A DNA stretch of 64,000 nucleotides, from IMG/VR virus record IMGVR_UViG_3300042900_000746, positions 1-64,000 of that record; one strand, given 5' to 3'. Below are positions 16,359-26,570 of this stretch, piece after piece. Position 1 is the stretch's first letter; every line of letters starts with the position of its first letter. Made by a program: the position numbers and the translations under genes. Source of the stretch: a virus (taxonomy: Duplodnaviria > Caudoviricetes). Below the pieces are notes generated by a model that saw only the letters and a list, made by a program, of their open reading frames with translations, was not told the origin of the DNA and ran no database searches.

Positions 16359-16724
16359 TTAATCCTCGTAATAAGTTATAGGATCCCATTTGGGATCATT
16401 TAATTTTTCTCTCATATCTTTAACATATGAGTCCCAATCGCGTTCATCCCCAGATTTCTTTTCATACTTAACTTCACTCTTAAATGGGTTGGATTTGAAC
16501 CTAGCCATTACAAGTCTACCCTGCTGGGTTTTCCATCTAAGAGTTCCGTTTTTGCAATCACAGAAATCTTCGTTATCTGCTTTAATGATAAGTTCTGGGT
16601 CGTATCGACCTGAGCACCCGTTGCATTTTGTATATCTTCCTTTATCCTGGCATCTATTGCACGATGGGCAGAACACCCAGCACCATTTATCTGTAGGATT
16701 AACTGAAGGTCTATCTGCTGACAT
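16359..16724 (-). CDS. Cys-rich putative Zn-finger protein
   Basis: CPSCNRC..CNGC..CDC; abuts dnaE. Confidence 0.7.
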   Translation of the reverse strand: MSADRPSVNPTDKWCWVFCPSCNRCQDKGRYTKCNGCSGRYDPELIIKADNEDFCDCKNGTLRWKTQQGRLVMARFKSNPFKSEVKYEKKSGDERDWDSYVKDMREKLNDPKWDPITYYED

Positions 16725-19700
16725 TTATTGCTCCAATTCAATTAATTGTCTAATTGCATCTTCCACTTTAGGGGATGCTTCTATCTTATATTTGTAAATA
16801 AATTTATGTTTACCATCCAATACCTGTAGGAATATTGGACGATCACCTCGTGACGAATCAATTATATCATAAATTTTATCAATAGTCGAAGTAGATATAT
16901 TCTTTTTTACATTAAAAATTATTGCTTTACCAGTGGCATATAGGTGCGCATCTACTTTCTCGCACGAAGAAAAAAATAATTTACATGTGGAATTTTCTTC
17001 TTCACCTTCTTTATTTAAGGTTCCAGATATGATTACTACATCACCTTTAGTAAAGTAGTCATCCGCTATATTCTTTGCATTGTTTGGAAAAACAATTACT
17101 TCAACATCTGAGGAAATATCTTCTATTGATATCTTGAACATCTTTTGACCTTTTTTGGTCATTATCTTTTTGGAGGCTGTAATTATTCCCCCTACTTTAA
17201 TATTTGATCCGACTTGATATTCAGATAATTCAATGATTTCGCAATCAACTTTTTTAGATAATATATCCCATATTCCCATGATAGGATGGCTTGTTACATA
17301 TATCCCAAGTTCTTCTTTTTCTTTTTCTAGCATTTCTATTTCTTGAAGTCTAGGATATTCCCCTGGATCTAGATCTACCAGTTCATCAAATGCCCCAGCG
17401 GCTGCTAAATGCTCTAGTGTACTCTTCTTTAGAATCACAGGATCGCATCTTCTCAGGAAATCTACAATGCTTGTATATGGCTCTTCAGTATTTCTGCAGT
17501 TAACTATTGCATCAGCTATAGACTGTCCAATGCCACTTACGGCAGACAGTCCAAAAACGATTGATGAATCTCCTACTACTTCAAAGTCAATTCCAGATTT
17601 ATTAATTGATGGTGGAGAAACTTCTATATTTAATTTTCTACAGTCCGCTAAGTAAAATGCTTGCTTCTCTTTATTGCCAACTACTGATGACATAAGCCCT
17701 GCCATATATTCTGTTGGATGATTTGATTTAAGATAAGCTGTAACGTAGCTGATCATTGCATAGCTTGCGGCGTGTGCTCTGTTGAATCCATAACCACCAA
17801 AGTATTCAATATCAGAGAAAATTTTATTAGCTAAAGTTTCTGACATATCAGACGTCTGCATGCACCCCTGCACGAACAGGGAGCGCATCTTGGCAATTTT
17901 TTCCATTAATTTTTTACCAATAACTTTTCTTAAATCATCAGCTTCTGCGGAGGTAAATCCTGCCAGCTCTCTAGCTACTCCTAAGACGTCTTCCTGATAC
18001 AGCATGATTCCCAGAGATGGTGCCAACACCTTAGCTAACTTGGGGTGTTCGTATTTGATTTGACTACGACCGTGTTTGCGATCAATATATTCCTTATCCA
18101 TTCCAGAGCCCATTGGACCTGGTCTATATAATGAAATTAATGCCATGATATCTTCTACATTGCGTGGCTGTAGCTGCATCATAAGCTGTCTCATCCCTGA
18201 TGATTCAAGTTGAAAGACTCCAGCACAGTTACCTTTACATAACTCATCATAAGTTTTTGCGTCGTCAAGCGGAATTTTATCAACATCAATAAGTTCACCT
18301 TTGCGCTTATGCACTAACTTAATACAGGAATCAATAACCCCAAGGTTTCTTAATCCAAGAAAGTCAATTTTCAAAAGACCACACTGCTCAACCCTACCCA
18401 TATCCCATTGTGTAATGATTGGATTATCTACACCCTTTCGCATGATGGGGAGATATTCGGTTAGTGCATCTCTAGATATGACTATACCAGCAGCATGTAT
18501 GCCAGTCTGTCTCACCAGGCCCTCTAGACCGAATGCTGTGTCTACAATAGTCTTAGCGTCTGAGTCTTTATCATATAGCTGCTTAAATTCTTCAACCTCC
18601 ATGCACTCTGAAAGGTTTTTTGAGATACCTAATACTGGCGGAGGAACAAGTTTGGCCACTACGTCTCCTCCAGCAAAATCATAACCTAGGGCTCTGGCGG
18701 CGTCTCGAATAGATTGTCTGGCACCCGTCTTATTGAACGTACAGATATGGGCAACGTGGTCAGATCCATATTTAGTTCTGGCATAGTTGATTACTTCATC
18801 ACGATATCTATCATCAAAGTCAAGGTCAATGTCAGGCATTGATTTTCTACCTTCAACAAGAAATCGTTCAAACATTAATCCGAATTTAATTGGATCTAGA
18901 TTTGTAATTTTAAATGCGTAAGAGAGAATGCTGCCTGCTGCGGAACCTCTTCCCCAACCAACTCTGACATTATTATTCTTAGCCCAATTTACTAGATCCG
19001 ATACGACTAAGAAATACTCAGTAAATCCCATTTCTTTTACGACACGTATTTCGTGATTAGCTCTATCCACTATATGAGGAGGTAGAGGGTCACCATATCT
19101 TTCCTTCAAGCCGCTCCAAGCTAACCTATCAAAGTAGTCCATGGGTGCTTCTAGAGTTGGAATAGGGAAGTCTGGGAAGTGAATGTCACCAAAAGAAAGA
19201 TTTAGATCAATCATGTCACAAACATCCATGCTATTTTTTAACCAGTCTGGATTAAATTTAGATGACATTTCATCATACGATTGAAGATAAAACTCTTCTC
19301 CAGTAAATGAAAATCTATTTGGAGTGTGTATATTTGCGTTAGTTGCTACGCATAACATAATGTCATGGGATCTCGCATCACTCTTGTGGACATAATGGCA
19401 ATCGCCACTTGGGACCACTTTTGCGCCGATAGTTTCTGCTATTTGCACTAGTTGATTAAATACTTTTTTCTGTTCTCCAAGACCATGATCTTGAACTTCA
19501 ATAAAGTAGTTTTCCTTGCCAACAATATCTTGCATTTTTTTTGCTGATGCAAGAGCAAAAGCATAATCATCTCTCAGCAATGCTTGGCAAACTTCACTGT
19601 TTAAACAGCCAGAGAGAACAATAATTCCTTCGGAATGTTCTGCTATTAAATCATGATCAATGCGTGGCTTTACGTAATAACCTTCTAGGAAAGATCTAGA

Positions 19701-20048
19701 AGATATTTTAATAATATTATTATAACCAACTTTGTTTTTGGCTAGAATAGTTATATGATAAGGACCTCTTTGCTCCCATTCATTTTGTGATGGTCCTGAT
19801 CTTTCTTCAGGATCTCTATCAAATCTAGTTTTTCTAGCTTGATAGAACTCTGAACCAAGAATTGGCTTAACCCCAATAGAAGTTCCAGCGTCATAGAAGT
19901 CTAACCACGAATGTATATTTCCGTGATCAGTAGTAGCTAAGCCTTTCATTCCTAAGGATTTAGCTCTAGTTAAGTACTGCTCTATGTCGCCGTGACCGTC
20001 TAACATTGAAAAGACTGTATGGTTATGGAGGTTAGTCCAATTCTTCAT
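16725..20048 (-). CDS. dnaE: DNA polymerase III alpha subunit (family C)
   Basis: PHP HNHT..SMLDG, TDHG, GRGSAAGS, MPDIDLDF, HAAG, KIDFLGL, YGFNRAH, C-terminal OB fold; no intein. Confidence 0.97.
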   Translation of the reverse strand: MKNWTNLHNHTVFSMLDGHGDIEQYLTRAKSLGMKGLATTDHGNIHSWLDFYDAGTSIGVKPILGSEFYQARKTRFDRDPEERSGPSQNEWEQRGPYHITILAKNKVGYNNIIKISSRSFLEGYYVKPRIDHDLIAEHSEGIIVLSGCLNSEVCQALLRDDYAFALASAKKMQDIVGKENYFIEVQDHGLGEQKKVFNQLVQIAETIGAKVVPSGDCHYVHKSDARSHDIMLCVATNANIHTPNRFSFTGEEFYLQSYDEMSSKFNPDWLKNSMDVCDMIDLNLSFGDIHFPDFPIPTLEAPMDYFDRLAWSGLKERYGDPLPPHIVDRANHEIRVVKEMGFTEYFLVVSDLVNWAKNNNVRVGWGRGSAAGSILSYAFKITNLDPIKFGLMFERFLVEGRKSMPDIDLDFDDRYRDEVINYARTKYGSDHVAHICTFNKTGARQSIRDAARALGYDFAGGDVVAKLVPPPVLGISKNLSECMEVEEFKQLYDKDSDAKTIVDTAFGLEGLVRQTGIHAAGIVISRDALTEYLPIMRKGVDNPIITQWDMGRVEQCGLLKIDFLGLRNLGVIDSCIKLVHKRKGELIDVDKIPLDDAKTYDELCKGNCAGVFQLESSGMRQLMMQLQPRNVEDIMALISLYRPGPMGSGMDKEYIDRKHGRSQIKYEHPKLAKVLAPSLGIMLYQEDVLGVARELAGFTSAEADDLRKVIGKKLMEKIAKMRSLFVQGCMQTSDMSETLANKIFSDIEYFGGYGFNRAHAASYAMISYVTAYLKSNHPTEYMAGLMSSVVGNKEKQAFYLADCRKLNIEVSPPSINKSGIDFEVVGDSSIVFGLSAVSGIGQSIADAIVNCRNTEEPYTSIVDFLRRCDPVILKKSTLEHLAAAGAFDELVDLDPGEYPRLQEIEMLEKEKEELGIYVTSHPIMGIWDILSKKVDCEIIELSEYQVGSNIKVGGIITASKKIMTKKGQKMFKISIEDISSDVEVIVFPNNAKNIADDYFTKGDVVIISGTLNKEGEEENSTCKLFFSSCEKVDAHLYATGKAIIFNVKKNISTSTIDKIYDIIDSSRGDRPIFLQVLDGKHKFIYKYKIEASPKVEDAIRQLIELEQ

Positions 20049-20260
20049 TAAATTCCTCTACTCTTGTCTGAACCTTCTAAAGAGCTATCTCTTACTTCGC
20101 GATATGTAATAATTACCACTCCACCGCAATACTTGCACGGTACTGGCTTACCTTCTTGAGCGAAGGGACTATTGTACATATATCTTTCGGGCTGATCTGA
20201 TTTACATTCAGAGCAGACGCCAATAACATCATCTGTATCTTCTATCTCAGGCATGTTCAC
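20048..20260 (-). CDS. Small Zn-ribbon protein
   Basis: CSEC...CKYC. Confidence 0.65.
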   Translation of the reverse strand: MNMPEIEDTDDVIGVCSECKSDQPERYMYNSPFAQEGKPVPCKYCGGVVIITYREVRDSSLEGSDKSRGI

Positions 20261-21449
20261 CTCCTTTATCCATTAGTTTATAAGCAAAACGCACTGGAGA
20301 TGGAGAAGACTGCTCTTGTGTTTCAACATACTTGTCCCCTATCTTTACCCATTTATTTTTTTTCTCTAGCGAACATTCTCCACATCCAACACCCGCAGAA
20401 TTAGCTCTTTCGCATGTGTATGGTCTTCCGCCGATTCCCAATTCTCTTCTTTTTATCCAATCGTTTACATGACTATTAGTTTTTTCAACATTATAGTCTG
20501 AACAATTACTTAAGATACCATGAAGAAATTTTATTGATTCTTCATTATAAGTTAAAATTGAACATAGGAATAGTCTTGCCTCATGTTCTAGATATTTTTT
20601 TTCAATAGCTTGTTGTTGGAGTCTAGCTATTGATGTACAGCTTTTTAGTAATTTGTCAGGAGTGAATTCTTTTTCTTTAACATCCACTTGTTTAAATGCA
20701 GTTGATCCATACTTATTGAAATAGCCCATAAAATCTTTTGATTTTTCTTTTTCTATTTCCATATTATAGGTAAATTCTCTAAACCATTCATTGGCCTTGG
20801 CATTGAAGTTCTGTTCTGATACTTCATTGGGAGAGGGCACTGTGCAATAATCAGTTATTCTATCCATACCCTGAGAGAGAGTATCTTCTGGTATTAAATT
20901 TTTATATAGATTTGTATCTTGATGCTTACTGCCTTCTAGGCGCCACATTCTTCTAGCATCATACACACTGAAATCTAGTGATTCTAACTTGAGTTTATCT
21001 TTTAGAGTTGAAGCTATGAATCTAAAAATATTAGGAAGATTATTGGATGGATTAATGCCTAGAGTAATGGCTTCACATTCTATATGAAAGCCTTTTTTAC
21101 CAGTAAAATATACCAGTACAGCAGACTTTGGAATATAATTAATAAGATAATTATATAACTTCATGCAATCAATATATGATTCATGTGGATCTTTGTTGTC
21201 TATATCAAAATATAATGATCCTAATCTAATAGCTTTATCTAGATCAGTGGAATTATAATGCCAGATAGAAGTATAGAGGCCAATATTTCCATTCTGTTGA
21301 CGAAAAAATTCTTTATCCTTTGCTTCTATAAATAGAGTATTGTCTCCGTCTTTTTGACGAATAACTCTACCCAAGCTTTGCACATACTTTGCTGTCTCTA
21401 GGTATTTCCAAGATGACAAAAATTTATCTGGATCATTTGGGATTATCAT
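20247..21449 (-). CDS. Archaeo-eukaryotic primase (AEP) with PriL-like Fe-S C-terminal domain
   Basis: YFDID (DxD), FTGKKGFH, D.SVY..RR.WRL.GS; C-terminal C..I..L...L.H.ARL, PYTC, C..C, SP. Confidence 0.8.
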   Translation of the reverse strand: MIIPNDPDKFLSSWKYLETAKYVQSLGRVIRQKDGDNTLFIEAKDKEFFRQQNGNIGLYTSIWHYNSTDLDKAIRLGSLYFDIDNKDPHESYIDCMKLYNYLINYIPKSAVLVYFTGKKGFHIECEAITLGINPSNNLPNIFRFIASTLKDKLKLESLDFSVYDARRMWRLEGSKHQDTNLYKNLIPEDTLSQGMDRITDYCTVPSPNEVSEQNFNAKANEWFREFTYNMEIEKEKSKDFMGYFNKYGSTAFKQVDVKEKEFTPDKLLKSCTSIARLQQQAIEKKYLEHEARLFLCSILTYNEESIKFLHGILSNCSDYNVEKTNSHVNDWIKRRELGIGGRPYTCERANSAGVGCGECSLEKKNKWVKIGDKYVETQEQSSPSPVRFAYKLMDKGGEHA

Positions 21450-21607
21450 AGTATCTTTGCCTTAGACTCTTTATCGGAAATACTGGCGATTACAATACGA
21501 TTTTCTTTTTTCAAATTAAATGAATTATTTCTATAGTAGACTGATTCTTTAATTATGTCTTCTAGTATAGAAATAATATAAATTCTCTTTGATATTCTGC
21601 TATTCAT
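21446..21607 (-). CDS. Hypothetical protein, 53 aa (MNSRISKRIY...KAKIL); not in ORF track
   Basis: Overlaps both neighbours (ATGA with the primase) and fills the gap. Confidence 0.5.
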   Translation of the reverse strand: MNSRISKRIYIISILEDIIKESVYYRNNSFNLKKENRIVIASISDKESKAKIL

Positions 21608-22268
21608 TTGTCCATCTGTCATTAATCAATTGACTATCCTCGATTATAACATGCACTTTACTAGCTATATTGTCAGCTAAATGCACAATATAATCCATAT
21701 AAGTTATCGGATATGTTTCTGGAACTGGTGACCATGGACCCAAATGACATCTCACTAGTCTCAAGATGCTTTGCACATTTTCTTCAGAAATAAACAACGT
21801 AGATGAATGACTGTCATTGGCATATTCCTTATCATATCGAATGCAGTCTGATACAAATTTATTAACAGTGTAGGGGTGCATTGGATCATACTGAAACATC
21901 CCGACTTCTTCAGATGGAATACCCTTAGTAATATCATGTAGCAGGCATGCTGCAATTATAAGATCTCTTTCCTCTATGCTTAATGCATAGGAGTCTGATA
22001 TCACTTCTGCAACTCTAACAACTCTTTTAGTATGTAGCACATTCCCACCAGGGCCATGTTCATCCGGTGGATGATATCTCCCGGAAAAACTAGATGGTAT
22101 TTCCCAAAATGTACTAGCTTTTAGCAAAAGTGATCTGACAAATGATTTGATTCCTTCATCATCTATCTGTCCAATTTCTCCTAATAAGGGAGCCAAGTAT
22201 TCATCTTCTTGAGTAATTTGATTACTTGTATCTTCTTTCAGAATATCATCTAAAATACTCTTACCCAT
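21600..22268 (-). CDS. HD-domain phosphohydrolase (YhaM-like)
   Basis: S.RYH....GG..LHT, LLHDI.K, HLGPW, VHLAD; start MGKS by TAATG overlap. Confidence 0.8.
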   Translation of the reverse strand: MGKSILDDILKEDTSNQITQEDEYLAPLLGEIGQIDDEGIKSFVRSLLLKASTFWEIPSSFSGRYHPPDEHGPGGNVLHTKRVVRVAEVISDSYALSIEERDLIIAACLLHDITKGIPSEEVGMFQYDPMHPYTVNKFVSDCIRYDKEYANDSHSSTLFISEENVQSILRLVRCHLGPWSPVPETYPITYMDYIVHLADNIASKVHVIIEDSQLINDRWTNE

Positions 22269-23044
22269 TATTTCCATCCAATCCATTTAGAACATGCGTC
22301 ATCGTGCGGACACTTTTTGCAGTAAGCTGTTAATCCTCTTCTTGGGACAAAAGTTTCCTTATGACACATTGTATCACACCAGTATTCCAAAGAGTCAATG
22401 TCTTCTGTACTAATTTCATATTCTATAAAATCTAAACTATTTGACATTAGATCAATATAACCAAAGTTAGTTTCATTAACTCGACTTGGATGACGAAGTT
22501 TAAATCCCATATACATAGCAGAGAAATCAACTTGATACATGTGTCTATGATTAGTCTTATAATTAAAAAGAAGTTTTGTTACATAATTTTTATTATCTTT
22601 TCTAATTATTAAATCAAATTTGTCTACTATCTTAATTTCTTTGTTGATAATTGCTATATACTCTTCGGATATAGCTAGAGGAATCATATCTACGTCTGAA
22701 TAAGTTTCGTGAAATGTAAGTAGTATGCTTGCTGCCTTTGTGGTCAAGCTAGCCATATTTCCATACATGCTCTCGTGTTGTTCGGTAGCTATATCGTAAT
22801 GATCTACATTCTTTGGGAACCATAATTTTTCCCACCTATTTAACAGCGAGGCATAGGACGGACTAATGCCTGCTTGTTTTTTGAACCAAAAGAAATAGAT
22901 AATATTCTTAATAGTTGATTCAAATTTAGCAGTGTAAATATCTCTTGAATATACTTTTTCAGGAAGTTTATCACGATATCTAAAATCGTATAATCTTTCA
23001 CAAGTTTGAAAATCTTTAATTGCTTCTACGTTTAATTCTAGCAT
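22268..23044 (-). CDS. RecB/Cas4-like PD-(D/E)XK-fold protein, probably degenerate
   Basis: N-terminal ..F.TC, DKFDLI, C-terminal CKKCP...C; lacks DYK. Confidence 0.6.
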   Translation of the reverse strand: MLELNVEAIKDFQTCERLYDFRYRDKLPEKVYSRDIYTAKFESTIKNIIYFFWFKKQAGISPSYASLLNRWEKLWFPKNVDHYDIATEQHESMYGNMASLTTKAASILLTFHETYSDVDMIPLAISEEYIAIINKEIKIVDKFDLIIRKDNKNYVTKLLFNYKTNHRHMYQVDFSAMYMGFKLRHPSRVNETNFGYIDLMSNSLDFIEYEISTEDIDSLEYWCDTMCHKETFVPRRGLTAYCKKCPHDDACSKWIGWK

Positions 23045-24504
23045 TAGTCAAAACCTTCTCCACTTAATAGTTCTTGAAGATCTGTTGACTCTGAGTATGA
23101 TTGATCACTAATGACTTCATAATCTTCATAGATTTTTTTTGCATCGTTATATCTCACTAAAGGTGGATCATACATAAATGCAGAACCAGTAATTCTGTTC
23201 TTAGGTATTTGAAGCTGCATTATATTTTCATCTTCTGTTTCATCATTTGAAGCCAAACGTTTTTCTGTGATGAAAATTGTAACTGCGCACTTTTGCTGGA
23301 TGGCCAAAGATCCACCTGTATCTGACTGCTGAACAACTTCTCTTTTTTCTTTCATTCTGTTTGAGTTTTCTTGAGCTGTGATGATCATGGCGCAGTTCAT
23401 ATCTCTAGCAAGCTTTTCTAATCTAACCATCATTTCTTCAAACTCGCCCCATCTTGGCTTACCTTTGCCACTGCCACGAGTAAACATAGATTGGATAGTG
23501 TCAATGATAACTACGTCTGGCATGTCTCCAGTATGACCTATCAAATCTCTTAACCAAAATTCAAGATCTTCAAAATATGGAGTTTCAGGATCATGGCGGA
23601 CCATCAATCTATCCCCCCACTCTTCAAGTTTTGATTTAAATTTAGCCAAATAAAACTGTTTCTTTTCTTCGCTCCATTTATGAGCTTCTGAATAAACATT
23701 TTCACCAATGATTTGGGTCATAAGAATTCTCTCCCAGTGACCTAAGGCTTCTTCAAAGTTTACATATAAAACTCTATAGCCAGTATCCAGCCAATTATTA
23801 GCTAGGCACTTAGCAAAGGTACTCTTACCCTTGCCTGAGGGTGCGATAATTGCGTGTACAGCGCCCTTAAAGAATCCACCCTCATCTGTGTACCCCATAG
23901 CCCTATTGAGGGCTTTAAATTGCGTTGGCACAAAATCAGGTATGTCCAGCAAACGATCAGCTCTATTTAGAATGTCATTAGCTGTAGTCAATTTACTAAA
24001 GGGGTCGTACTTAATTTGATTTTCAAGATCCTTAATTAAGGATGTCAAATCATTAATTCGATTAATATCTTCTTGTGATTTCAAACCTTTTTTGTTAATA
24101 AGTATTTGAAGTTCTTGAAGATTAAGAATTTGTTTACGCTTATTTGCTTTATGCTTTATTAATTCAACAACTGATTCTTTTGTAGAAGAATCCAGACTAA
24201 GAATATAATCTATCATTATACCTACGCCAGAAGAACCGCCAAGTGCGTCATAGATATCTGTCTCGCTAGACAGCCATGACTTAAAAGCTATTGGATCAAC
24301 TATGTCTAAATTAGTTGCTCGATAAAAACCAAGGAGCGCACCATAAAATTCATGGATTCCTTTTTCCCCATGAATCATACCAACTATATCTTGTGAAAGA
24401 TTCTCGTCAAAATAGGATATCGCACCTTGCTCTTTCAAGCAGAGTGCGAATGCCTGGTATTCTAGTGGAGTTTCTTGTGATTCTTCTATATCTTCAAGTG
24501 CCAT
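23044..24504 (-). CDS. dnaB: Replicative DNA helicase, DnaB-like (SF4)
   Basis: APSGKGKS Walker A, YVNFEE, VIIDTIQ, LARDMN...TAQ.N, KNR. Confidence 0.85.
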   Translation of the reverse strand: MALEDIEESQETPLEYQAFALCLKEQGAISYFDENLSQDIVGMIHGEKGIHEFYGALLGFYRATNLDIVDPIAFKSWLSSETDIYDALGGSSGVGIMIDYILSLDSSTKESVVELIKHKANKRKQILNLQELQILINKKGLKSQEDINRINDLTSLIKDLENQIKYDPFSKLTTANDILNRADRLLDIPDFVPTQFKALNRAMGYTDEGGFFKGAVHAIIAPSGKGKSTFAKCLANNWLDTGYRVLYVNFEEALGHWERILMTQIIGENVYSEAHKWSEEKKQFYLAKFKSKLEEWGDRLMVRHDPETPYFEDLEFWLRDLIGHTGDMPDVVIIDTIQSMFTRGSGKGKPRWGEFEEMMVRLEKLARDMNCAMIITAQENSNRMKEKREVVQQSDTGGSLAIQQKCAVTIFITEKRLASNDETEDENIMQLQIPKNRITGSAFMYDPPLVRYNDAKKIYEDYEVISDQSYSESTDLQELLSGEGFD

Positions 24505-25139
24505 CAATTTTTAGAGCCTTTTAGTTTGCGGTAAAGATTCTTTTTATACTCTGAATTTTTCTTTTTCATTTCTTGATAATAATTAGAAGTTGTAATACTT
24601 GCTTTATTATTATCTTTCTTGCTATCTGGACTATTTCTAATAGCTTCCAGCATCCTATTATACACGCTGCTCTCAGTTAAAGAGTCATTATAGCGGAAAA
24701 CAATTAACGCAATTCCATTATCCTTGCACCACTGTGCCTTAATGATATCTCTTCTTTGCGCTTCTTCAAATTCATATTTTGATTCAAAAAATCTAGATGT
24801 ATAAAAGAAGTGTTGACGGCCATGATATTCAGCAGCTATTCCATACGAGGGGCAATAGACATCTAGTCGAAGTTTCTCGCCAATATGAAATTCATTAACT
24901 ACGTCTTCTCCTGGCAAAAGTTTCTTCATTATCATTGTCAGAGCAGTTTGACCACGTGACATTTTCTTTTTAGAATCTTTTAACCAATTTAATCCAAGAT
25001 AATTAATCTTTTTATTTATCTCAGATATTGGAACGTCAAGTTCTTTTGCTATTTGATTTATTGAATAATTAGTATCAAATAAAAGATCTATTAAGAATTC
25101 AATATCATCATCTTGTATTTTTTTATAATTATCTTTCAT
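24504..25139 (-). CDS. HTH + Vsr/DUF559-like endonuclease
   Basis: SINQIAKELDV HTH; RLDVY, AEYHGRQH, RD..K..WC..NGI.L. Confidence 0.75.
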   Translation of the reverse strand: MKDNYKKIQDDDIEFLIDLLFDTNYSINQIAKELDVPISEINKKINYLGLNWLKDSKKKMSRGQTALTMIMKKLLPGEDVVNEFHIGEKLRLDVYCPSYGIAAEYHGRQHFFYTSRFFESKYEFEEAQRRDIIKAQWCKDNGIALIVFRYNDSLTESSVYNRMLEAIRNSPDSKKDNNKASITTSNYYQEMKKKNSEYKKNLYRKLKGSKN

Positions 25140-25776
25140 TAGTACTGTTATGAAATGCAGCCTTGCTCAATGACAAAGTTTTACCAGTATCAATTATGGA
25201 CATGTTTAAATTATCCCACATCTTATTCATCAAAGCTAAACCAAAAACACCACAATCCAAAAGGCAGTAATCTACTTCCTTTTCCATTTCGGCTAATTGA
25301 GCGTAAACGCTATCTAGCTTTTCATGGTAATTATTGTAGGGAATATTTATGATATGAGTATCAAATCCAAAGTGGCGTTGAGCTAGTTTCTTATCATGAA
25401 GTGTAACAATAACTTTTGGAGTATTTCTAATATAGAAATCAATTACTGAATTATACGCATCTTTGTTATTTAGATAAAAGTATTCGAATACGTTTGAGTA
25501 GTAATACTCAAAATTCTTATTCAATCCAATCTTAAAGTGTCTTCCATTTTCAATATCAGAAACTAAAGTATGTGAGATTGCTTTCATGATTTTCTTATCA
25601 TTATTCTTTAATGAAGAAATAATATTTTTAGCAAAATTAGCTGGAAATGGATTCTCGCTATTTTTGCTTAGGGCAACTATAGATGACTTAGGAACATTGA
25701 TATAACTAAATTTTTCTTTTTTACCCATTGCTAGAGTAAGATTTTTTAGTGAATCTGTTGGATTAAGAAATGTCAT
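25129..25776 (-). CDS. Hypothetical protein, possible GT-D/DUF1792-like fold
   Basis: C-terminal P.NN....D..Y, DYCLLDCG..G..L, IIDTG resembles the GT-D C-terminal half; lies next to a GT2 gene. Confidence 0.4.
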   Translation of the reverse strand: MTFLNPTDSLKNLTLAMGKKEKFSYINVPKSSIVALSKNSENPFPANFAKNIISSLKNNDKKIMKAISHTLVSDIENGRHFKIGLNKNFEYYYSNVFEYFYLNNKDAYNSVIDFYIRNTPKVIVTLHDKKLAQRHFGFDTHIINIPYNNYHEKLDSVYAQLAEMEKEVDYCLLDCGVFGLALMNKMWDNLNMSIIDTGKTLSLSKAAFHNSTNER

Positions 25777-25787
25777 TTTATCTCCTA

Positions 25788-26480
25788 TTAAATTCCAAAT
25801 GATCCCCAGTTTATTAGAACTGGTTTTTCATCTATGATTGAATTGATATGGTCTAATTGATGGAAAGCTCCACCGTCTAATTGTGAATATCGCTGATGCT
25901 TAGAGATCTTATCTTCATCTCTAATGTAACCTAAATGTTGCATTATGAGCTTAGAGTCTACCCAATAGTTTTTTCTAGCGATCATGTCTGCTACATATGT
26001 AGGTTCAGATCCGCAGGCTAGTTGCCTATTTTTGAATCCACCATTTTCCACATACCTAAATATTCTAGTACTATTATTTGGTGTCCATAATTTGTCAACT
26101 CTATATTGAGTTTCGTTCCACATATGATAGAAGCGCACATTAACTACATCAAAAGGAGATGTATTCAAAACGTCCCTAATTGACGCGTCATCCGAGTGAT
26201 AAAGTTTTTCATCGCAGTCAATAGCTACGACCCAATCTCCAACACTGGCAAACTTTTCTAAATTGCCCCACGCAAATGCTCTCAATTTTCCTTCATGAAC
26301 ATTAAATAATTGTTCAGGGGTTTGAAAAACTTCAGCGTATTTTGCTGCTATTTCAGCAGTATCATCCGTAGAGCAGTCGTCTGTGAATATTATCTTATCA
26401 ACTTGAGTTGATAATCTTTGTAGTACATCTTCTAAAAATCTAGAAGATTCATTTCTACCAATCATTTGTGCAATGATCAT
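25788..26480 (-). CDS. Glycosyltransferase family 2
   Basis: RNE...LE..L, DDCSTDDT, W.VAIDCDE, HLGY. Confidence 0.85.
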   Translation of the reverse strand: MIIAQMIGRNESSRFLEDVLQRLSTQVDKIIFTDDCSTDDTAEIAAKYAEVFQTPEQLFNVHEGKLRAFAWGNLEKFASVGDWVVAIDCDEKLYHSDDASIRDVLNTSPFDVVNVRFYHMWNETQYRVDKLWTPNNSTRIFRYVENGGFKNRQLACGSEPTYVADMIARKNYWVDSKLIMQHLGYIRDEDKISKHQRYSQLDGGAFHQLDHINSIIDEKPVLINWGSFGI

Positions 26481-26502
26481 TTTTCTTTCCTTACCTTTAA
26501 AT

Positions 26503-26534
26503 GAAATCGAGGGGGTTTTACCCCCCTCAATTTC
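26503..26534 (-). terminator. Rho-independent terminator
   Basis: Minus strand GAAATTGAGGGGG-loop-CCCCCTCGATTTC followed by ATTT. Confidence 0.7.
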
Positions 26535-26570
26535 TGTCCAATAATTACTTAGAGACTTTATTGACGAAGG

